Assembly (NCBI GenBank): GCA_014728035.1
Contig: WJMJ01000061.1
Location: forward strand, 1-14,643
Direction: 5' to 3'
DNA length: 14,643 nt
Source: Promethearchaeota archaeon
GTDB lineage: Archaea > Asgardarchaeota > Thorarchaeia > Thorarchaeales > Thorarchaeaceae
Part shown: positions 1-5,739 of the stretch, one piece after another
Layout of the letters: every line of letters starts with the position of its first letter
Position numbering within the stretch: the stretch's first letter is position 1
Position numbers and translations under genes: made by a program
The notes under the pieces: generated by a model
Told to the model about the DNA's origin: nothing
Database searches by the model: none
Seen by the model: the letters and a program-made list of their open reading frames with translations, nothing else

Positions 1-155
1 GGATGCTCTTTGATGTATTCTATTGGATCACCGAATATATCCTCCTCATCCTCGAATTCTGGAATTTCATCCTGTTCGAGGAAAATCCTATCTCCTACTT
101 CTAGGAGATATTCTTGATCATCTAGGATTACTTTGGATTCCCTAGTTACGATCAT
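1..155 (-). CDS. Hypothetical protein (runs off the window edge) with the shared 27-aa module at its N-terminus; putative head-internal protein
   Basis: Not in the ORF track. Manual translation from ATG at 155: MIVTRESKVILDDQEYLLEVGDRIFLEQDEIPEFEDEEDIFGDPIEYIKEH..., open to position 1. A GAGAGGA Shine-Dalgarno lies just upstream. Residues 2-28 match the module in the three upstream genes. Confidence 0.85.
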   Translation of the reverse strand, partial: MIVTRESKVILDDQEYLLEVGDRIFLEQDEIPEFEDEEDIFGDPIEYIKEH

Positions 156-190
156 AGGAATTTCCTCTCATGTAATAGTTTATGAACAAA

Positions 191-568
191 TCAACCATTT
201 TGCTCGACACATATTTTGTCGCCCTTCTCAAGCATAAATCTCTTGCCATCGAGTTCGACCTCTACATCTTCTGATACCTGCAATAATTGCATGACTTCTT
301 TGCTACCCTCGTCATCAAATTCTGCTTCTTGAGGATCTAATATAGATAACAATGTACTAAATTCCGATGCATGGACTTTTTCTTCATCTGCAATATCCTG
401 CATAACCTTCTTTACACGATCATCTGTAGAAGCATCGGCAATTGCCTCATATAAATGAATCGCTTCATGTTCTGCGGCAATAGATTGCCGTATCGCCCGA
501 TATATTTCTCGTTGATTAAGGGGATGGTCAAATGATGTTATAACGGTGGGGTCAATGAATTGTGCCAT
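191..568 (-). CDS. Short ferritin-like protein (encapsulin-associated Flp/EncFtn, rubrerythrin-like half bundle) with C-terminal 27-aa module
   Basis: RAIRQSIAAEHEAIHLYEAIA...VMQDIADEEKVHASEF...LDPQE...EGSKEV carries the ExxAxxxY and EExxH di-iron ligand pattern of short ferritin-like proteins. The likely start is ATG 568, which overlaps the upstream TAA (TAATG), rather than the track's 589. Confidence 0.85.
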   Translation of the reverse strand: MAQFIDPTVITSFDHPLNQREIYRAIRQSIAAEHEAIHLYEAIADASTDDRVKKVMQDIADEEKVHASEFSTLLSILDPQEAEFDDEGSKEVMQLLQVSEDVEVELDGKRFMLEKGDKICVEQNG

Positions 569-1311
569 TACACACCCTTTACTTCCCACAGTGATTTGAC
601 TCTATTCACTAGATAAGTGCGTATAGCATCGTAAGCCACTGAATATTCCTCATCATTGACATCAATTTCTGGATATAGAGTCTCGACGGCCATCATGCCT
701 TCCATCATGTCTTCCACTGCAGGCATCTCTTCAACTATATCATCAGCCATCTCATTGAGTTCTTTTATTTGATTTTCATCAAACTTGACTTCACCCAATT
801 TGAGGTTATAAGCTTCAGTCTGGACTGGGCATTTTTCACCAGCAGCTTTTCGCCTACCTATATTGGATTTGCTGCGACGATAGCTTCCCTTATATGGTCC
901 AGTACCATCGCGTTTCTTTCTCTGCCCATGTCCTTCTATAACAACCTTATCACCCTTCTCAAGCAGATACTTTTTGCCATCCAATTCAATTTCTGTATCT
1001 TCTGACACCTGATATTGAGATGTCAGTTTGCCGAATCCTAATTTACCAACATCCAACTTTTTCTTACCAACTCCATATTTGATCTTCTTTTTCATCTTAC
1101 CCTCGCTTATCCTCGGAAGTCGACCATAAGATTCTTCCATGTCGCCAAGAAATTCTGAGCCACGCTTTATAATATTCTTAAGATCATATTTAACATTTTT
1201 TAATGCTATTTCATCGCCCTTTTCTAATTCAATCAATATGTCTTGTGCTCTACGAGCCATAATATCTATTGTTGCTCGTGCCAATGCAAGATCTTTAACT
1301 TCTTTGTGCAT
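568..1311 (-). CDS. Hypothetical protein with internal 27-aa module flanked by Lys/Arg-rich segments; putative head core/internal protein
   Basis: ORF track 568..1323. ATG at 1311, just after the upstream TGA with a GGTGG SD, is the more likely start. Module at 931-1011, basic tracts on both sides, acidic C-terminus. Confidence 0.75.
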   Translation of the reverse strand: MHKEVKDLALARATIDIMARRAQDILIELEKGDEIALKNVKYDLKNIIKRGSEFLGDMEESYGRLPRISEGKMKKKIKYGVGKKKLDVGKLGFGKLTSQYQVSEDTEIELDGKKYLLEKGDKVVIEGHGQRKKRDGTGPYKGSYRRSKSNIGRRKAAGEKCPVQTEAYNLKLGEVKFDENQIKELNEMADDIVEEMPAVEDMMEGMMAVETLYPEIDVNDEEYSVAYDAIRTYLVNRVKSLWEVKGV

Positions 1312-1312
1312 T

Positions 1313-2128
1313 TCAAACACCACCTTTAGCAGCCATTGCTGCAGCTGCGCCCATCGTCATCAATTCCTGCGTCTTGTCAGGATCATTCTCATACACAATG
1401 ACATATTTATAAAGGGGTTTTCCAGATGCTGCTCCAAATTCCGCTCTAACTGGGACCATGTCTGGTGGTGCTACCCTATTTGACGTCAATGCTCTTCTGA
1501 TGATACTAATCAATTTATTTGCTGCTGATTGTGTCTTCAACAAGAACGGCGATTTAGCATATGTCACCAATGCATCATCTTTTATCTCATCAAAATCATG
1601 TGACACTTCATGTCCATCATCGTCCTGGGGCTTATCACCTTTATCCTTCTGGATCTTATCACCACGTTGTATTTCCCATATCCATTGCTTAAGCATTTCT
1701 CTCTGGTGCTGGGGGTCACTAACATCCTGGATATCATTTATCTTATCTTGAATCTCATCCTCAGACCACCCACCATACTTCTTTGCGAAACTTGCGATCG
1801 TTTTAAACGGAATCTGGCCTGATTGTCCGACAGCTGGCTGTTCCATTAATATTCTATCGCCAGATTCCAGCATTAGTTTATAATTATCAGCATAGATGGT
1901 TGTATCTTCTAAGATATCTACACCCATACCATCCACAAATATTTCTATAACGTCACAGCCTTCTCTTATCAATATCTCATTGGGACGATGTGTGTGGACC
2001 TCACACGTCTGAATAAGATCACAAAATGCATCAAATATGGTGGGGCATATCAATGACAATTTATCACCATTCTCATATAGATATGCTCCGCCACCAGTCT
2101 TAATGGTCACATCACGAGAGATTATCAT
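1313..2128 (-). CDS. Hypothetical protein with two copies of the 27-aa module; putative head-associated protein
   Basis: 271-aa ORF starting immediately after the protease stop. Module copies at residues 2-28 (IISRDVTIKTGGGAYLYENGDKLSLIC) and 71-97 (DILEDTTIYADNYKLMLESGDRILMEQ). Confidence 0.75.
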   Translation of the reverse strand: MIISRDVTIKTGGGAYLYENGDKLSLICPTIFDAFCDLIQTCEVHTHRPNEILIREGCDVIEIFVDGMGVDILEDTTIYADNYKLMLESGDRILMEQPAVGQSGQIPFKTIASFAKKYGGWSEDEIQDKINDIQDVSDPQHQREMLKQWIWEIQRGDKIQKDKGDKPQDDDGHEVSHDFDEIKDDALVTYAKSPFLLKTQSAANKLISIIRRALTSNRVAPPDMVPVRAEFGAASGKPLYKYVIVYENDPDKTQELMTMGAAAAMAAKGGV

Positions 2129-2129
2129 T

Positions 2130-2813
2130 TTATGCCCTCAATGAACGATGAATTTCCTGGATAAGTTGAGCTTCAGCCTTACTCTTTGCCTCTGAACACA
2201 ATTTGATTTGCTTCGATTCCATCACGCTCAATTGAGCTTCAGTGACTGATGGCTCTGCAACAACGTCCCATGTAACAAAACGAAAACCAGGCTGAACATC
2301 ATATCCTTCATCCATGGTATCTTCTATTGTGACTGGGATCATATCACCCACACCTCTGGATGAGATGCCAATTCGCACATCGGCTTCTACCAATGCTTCA
2401 AGCATCTTTCCGCATGGCATTTCGGTAAGAACTTCCAATTCACCATATACTTTCTTTGACTCCATCCAAAGTTTGGTGACGATATGGCTCACTCTATCCA
2501 AATGTATCTTGGCATCTGAGCTATGGTCAAGTTCGCCTAATACCCTACGATGGTTTACAGATTCGGAAATAGCACCGAGGGCGTCATTAATAATGTCCAT
2601 ACTGTAACGACGTTTATTCTCATTAAAACAGTCAGCCTTCTGGAATACACCAGTAAGACGTAATCTTTTTACTTCCTGTCCCACCTTGTTTTCGACAACC
2701 ACATGTTTGGAATCAAGGATGTCGAATACTTGCTCCTCTTTGAGAAGATGCATACCATTAGGAATTTCACCAGTCTTGGATACTTCACCCCAATTAACAG
2801 CTGTCGTGACCAT
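2130..2813 (-). CDS. Prohead core protein protease, T4 gp21-like (herpes assemblin-fold His-Ser-Asp protease)
   Basis: Family motifs LTGVFQKAD..NENKRRYS, LGELDH, SHI, GISSRGVG, TWDVVAEPS. Strong GGAGG SD upstream. Confidence 0.95.
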   Translation of the reverse strand: MVTTAVNWGEVSKTGEIPNGMHLLKEEQVFDILDSKHVVVENKVGQEVKRLRLTGVFQKADCFNENKRRYSMDIINDALGAISESVNHRRVLGELDHSSDAKIHLDRVSHIVTKLWMESKKVYGELEVLTEMPCGKMLEALVEADVRIGISSRGVGDMIPVTIEDTMDEGYDVQPGFRFVTWDVVAEPSVTEAQLSVMESKQIKLCSEAKSKAEAQLIQEIHRSLRA

Positions 2814-2842
2814 AATAGTCCTCCACTTATTCTATTCTTACT

Positions 2843-2850
2843 TATATTTG
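2843..2850 (-). promoter_or_regulatory. Candidate phage late-promoter motif CAAATATA upstream of the prohead protease
   Basis: Intergenic, about 30 nt upstream of ATG 2813; the same octamer recurs in other intergenic gaps. Confidence 0.5.
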
Positions 2851-2864
2851 TTTGAGGTAGTTAC

Positions 2865-3164
2865 TTATTGGTGGGTATAATGCTGAGATTGCAAATAATT
2901 AATAATTTCATCCACGTCATCTGTTTTATGACCACCATGGGTCAACAAACATGGAATGAATTTATCATTCAATCCAAATTTATCCAATACAATACGTGAT
3001 CCTTCGTTAGAATACGCATTAATCACGGCCAAAACAGATCCATCTAGTGCCACAATTTCCCCATATGTGGCGTCTTCTTTAAGCATTATTTTAATTAGCG
3101 CACAATCATCACAATTTTCTGAGATAAACAAATAATCTATCTTCGACGCTTGAAATCCTTGCAT
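2865..3164 (-). CDS. Thioredoxin/glutaredoxin-fold protein
   Basis: YLFISENCDDC (beta strand then CxxC), later FGL...IPCLL (cis-Pro position) and a C-terminal helix DEIINYL; 99 aa. Confidence 0.6.
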   Translation of the reverse strand: MQGFQASKIDYLFISENCDDCALIKIMLKEDATYGEIVALDGSVLAVINAYSNEGSRIVLDKFGLNDKFIPCLLTHGGHKTDDVDEIINYLQSQHYTHQ

Positions 3165-3616
3165 TTATTGCATTTCCTAGCAGTAGTGATATGGTGTATG
3201 GCACAAGAAAAAGCATCTGTCTCTTCTATTTTGCCACCACAACATGTCTCTTTTACCTTGCCCATCATTGATTTAGAATGAATACAATCCTTAGGTCTTT
3301 TCATATTAGGGAAGATGAAATCACGTATTATATCAACATATGTCAAGGCATCGCCTGGTACAATCAATTCAAGTTCATCAAGCGCATTGCTGACATCCTG
3401 ACGTTTCTGCGCCATATCCTCACGTAATTTCTTACTATGAATCACAGACGTGCGCACTTCGTCTGGCATATCTGCTATTGACGTGCCCATTTTAATACCA
3501 AGTGGACATTCAAACGACCCATATTTCTTGTTCATTGTCTTAATGAATTTGTCATCATTACGACATAACTCACAATTCGCTCGTGATTTGCATATGTCTG
3601 TGTCGACAAAATTCAT
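3137..3616 (-). CDS. Cys-rich hypothetical protein (possible Zn/Fe-S or disulfide-bonded)
   Basis: 10 Cys in 159 aa, including Cx5CxxC...CP, CCGG and a C-terminal CxxC. Start abuts the upstream stop and is preceded by a GAGGTG SD. Confidence 0.7.
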   Translation of the reverse strand: MNFVDTDICKSRANCELCRNDDKFIKTMNKKYGSFECPLGIKMGTSIADMPDEVRTSVIHSKKLREDMAQKRQDVSNALDELELIVPGDALTYVDIIRDFIFPNMKRPKDCIHSKSMMGKVKETCCGGKIEETDAFSCAIHHITTARKCNKCKDFKRRR

Positions 3617-4129
3617 TTACTTCACCTCTCTCATAACAACATCCGGGTTGCGTACAGCATAACGATTCATTCGTGTATTGCCAGAAACCTTTATATTGCT
3701 TATGTTGCCATCATTTACGTCATCAATTTTGGCATTACCACAGTCACCCCACAACTCCATAATAAGATGGCCATCAGTAGTATAGCGTTTAATATGCGGC
3801 TTTACCATATACACCATACCAGAATCAACTGATGGATAACGCATAGAATCTGCCATAACCTCGGCAATGCATTCACCTCTACGAAATATTGGCATCCTAA
3901 CCTTTTCCATGATGCTATCTGGAACATCATTAGATGGTACCCATTCTTTGTGATTATTATCAGAATCTTTTAACTTCTTAATATCATCTATGATATCATC
4001 CATCTCATCATATTTGCGATCCCATTCATCTTGTTGTTTTGTATGCCACCAAAATCCAGTTACACATCCGGCCAGTGCACAACACAACAAGAATATTGAT
4101 TTATACGTTATAATCTCTTTAAATTTCAT
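3617..4129 (-). CDS. Membrane-anchored or lipoprotein exported protein, LptC/OstA-like beta-jellyroll (tentative)
   Basis: N-terminal hydrophobic segment containing a LAGC lipobox (Cys22), a charged linker, then a beta-rich domain with the LptC-like pattern KPHIKRYTTDG..IMELWGDCG...IKVSGNTRM. The ORF is solid; the product is tentative. Confidence 0.45.
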   Translation of the reverse strand: MKFKEIITYKSIFLLCCALAGCVTGFWWHTKQQDEWDRKYDEMDDIIDDIKKLKDSDNNHKEWVPSNDVPDSIMEKVRMPIFRRGECIAEVMADSMRYPSVDSGMVYMVKPHIKRYTTDGHLIMELWGDCGNAKIDDVNDGNISNIKVSGNTRMNRYAVRNPDVVMREVK

Positions 4130-5042
4130 CGTTCTCCAATCTAATCATCCATTCAGGAAGTTCTTTACATTGAAATCCGGCAGCACCCGCATGACCACCG
4201 CCACCCATATCTGATGCCAATTGACCAAGATGTACATCTAAATCATCACGAGCTTTATACAAGCTCACAGTGTATTGATTACCATCAAAATAAAATGTTA
4301 CCCAAACATCATATCCCTTATTCTCGCAGCTTTTGAATGCAAATGAATTAATCAAACCACAATTCAACGCCTTACCACGCAAAACGACACTAGATCTAGA
4401 TGTGGGCACATTAACATCAAAACCATGGTGTGATAATTTACTTTCCATTTGCTTTTGATCAAATGACCTAGCTGCACGACCCTGAATCATAAGCTGCCCC
4501 ATTGCCTCTCTACTTCTATCGTCATTGGAAAGCAGCCTCATCCAATATTCACTGGTTGGGTTATATTCTATCCCCGTAGACTTTGCTGCCCATACGAAGT
4601 CTAATACTGTAGTGTCATTATTATGTGTCCATGTATCCCATTTGTCAACCAATGTAACTGCTAATGATGGTTTTCCATCAAAAAGAAAATCATGAGCCAA
4701 CATAGATGCACTTGGCAAATCGTCAGATAAAGATCCCTTTGGCAATTCACCATCAAACAAATCAACCACCTTGTCTATATTAGTTTGATGGTGATCAATC
4801 CATATAATATTATCCTTATCCGTCACGCATAATAACGATTCAAAGTCATCACGCGATGGGGTAAAATCTACTAGATATATAATATCATCTTCATCCACAT
4901 CATCAACTTGAATACCATCCTTATAGTCTACTGGCATACAGTCTACCTCTAAATCAGTATCTAATTCTCTCAACAATTTCAGAACAATCGCTGCACTACA
5001 TGATCCATCCAAATCACAATGATAAAATATATGATTTTTCAT
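4119..5042 (-). CDS. DHH/DHHA1 family phosphoesterase (NrnB-like oligoribonuclease)
   Basis: Motifs FYHCDLDG, LVDF, WIDHH, SAS, and DHHA1 motifs YTVSLY and GGGGHAGAAGF. Confidence 0.93.
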   Translation of the reverse strand: MKNHIFYHCDLDGSCSAAIVLKLLRELDTDLEVDCMPVDYKDGIQVDDVDEDDIIYLVDFTPSRDDFESLLCVTDKDNIIWIDHHQTNIDKVVDLFDGELPKGSLSDDLPSASMLAHDFLFDGKPSLAVTLVDKWDTWTHNNDTTVLDFVWAAKSTGIEYNPTSEYWMRLLSNDDRSREAMGQLMIQGRAARSFDQKQMESKLSHHGFDVNVPTSRSSVVLRGKALNCGLINSFAFKSCENKGYDVWVTFYFDGNQYTVSLYKARDDLDVHLGQLASDMGGGGHAGAAGFQCKELPEWMIRLENDEI

Positions 5043-5590
5043 TTTAATTCTCCCATTGGAATAATTTCGGTAACCCCAAGATCGGGTATAAAAGAGTATG
5101 CAACAGCAACCACTTTCCCATTAGATACATTGATAACGGGTGAGCCACTCATACCTGGCTCTATTAATGCACTTGTGGCAATTCTAGTTAATATCTTACC
5201 ACGTTTAATTTGATATCTTGCAACACCATTGTCTACCGCATATCCAATTATTACAATATCCATGCCCCTACGAATATAATTATCAACTGGTATTCGTGAC
5301 AATTCAAACGGAATGTGGTCTACACATATAGATGCTGCATCATATCCAAATTTATTATAATTTCTGATATGTATAGCATAATTATTTATAAATAAATTGT
5401 TTAATGTATCACTAGGTAAAACATGTCGTGCAGTAATGATGGTATTATTGTTGGTTGCAAATGCAGTGCCAATAATGTGGTCATTATGTCTTAATATTCC
5501 CACGGATTGCGGATTTATACAAACAGGTTGTTTATGCTGACCACATCCACACATAAACAACATAATTATACATACATATTTATTGAACAT
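5039..5590 (-). CDS. Trypsin-like (S1) serine protease with signal/lipoprotein-like N-terminus
   Basis: GTAFA..IITARHV (His), DAASI (Asp), PGMSGSPV (Ser). N-terminus MFNKYVCIIMLFMCGC. ATG 5590 is preferred over the track's TTG at 5599. Confidence 0.85.
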   Translation of the reverse strand: MFNKYVCIIMLFMCGCGQHKQPVCINPQSVGILRHNDHIIGTAFATNNNTIITARHVLPSDTLNNLFINNYAIHIRNYNKFGYDAASICVDHIPFELSRIPVDNYIRRGMDIVIIGYAVDNGVARYQIKRGKILTRIATSALIEPGMSGSPVINVSNGKVVAVAYSFIPDLGVTEIIPMGELK

Positions 5591-5739
5591 TATCAGCAAA
5601 TTCCATCAGAACCACTATGATGAAATACTTGCCGCTCCATTTATATTGTGTATCACAGCTTCCACCACCCTGTCATGATTCATAACCATCAGCACCATCA
5701 CTATGCATAAATATTGCCGCTTTCACTATTAATGTATGT

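Noticed and set aside
200-1011. The 69% identical nucleotide pair (200-280 vs 931-1011) as a diversity-generating retroelement TR/VR
   Set aside because: Differences are not adenine-specific (e.g. GAC/GAT) and are mostly synonymous or conservative. No reverse transcriptase is in the window.
568-1330. Similar C-termini KGV and KGGV in two adjacent proteins
   Set aside because: Explained by the overlapping Shine-Dalgarno sequences (AAAGGGTG, AAAGGTGG) of the next genes.
2730-2790. Protease N-terminus EVSKTGEIPNGMHLLKEE as another module copy
   Set aside because: It needs gaps and lacks ExGD[KR]; LLKE fits an ordinary gp21-type N-terminal processing site.
1404-5390. Exact T4 late boxes TATAAATA at 1404-1411 and 5383-5390 (minus strand)
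   Set aside because: Both lie inside coding sequence, away from starts, in AT-rich DNA, and are plausibly chance matches.
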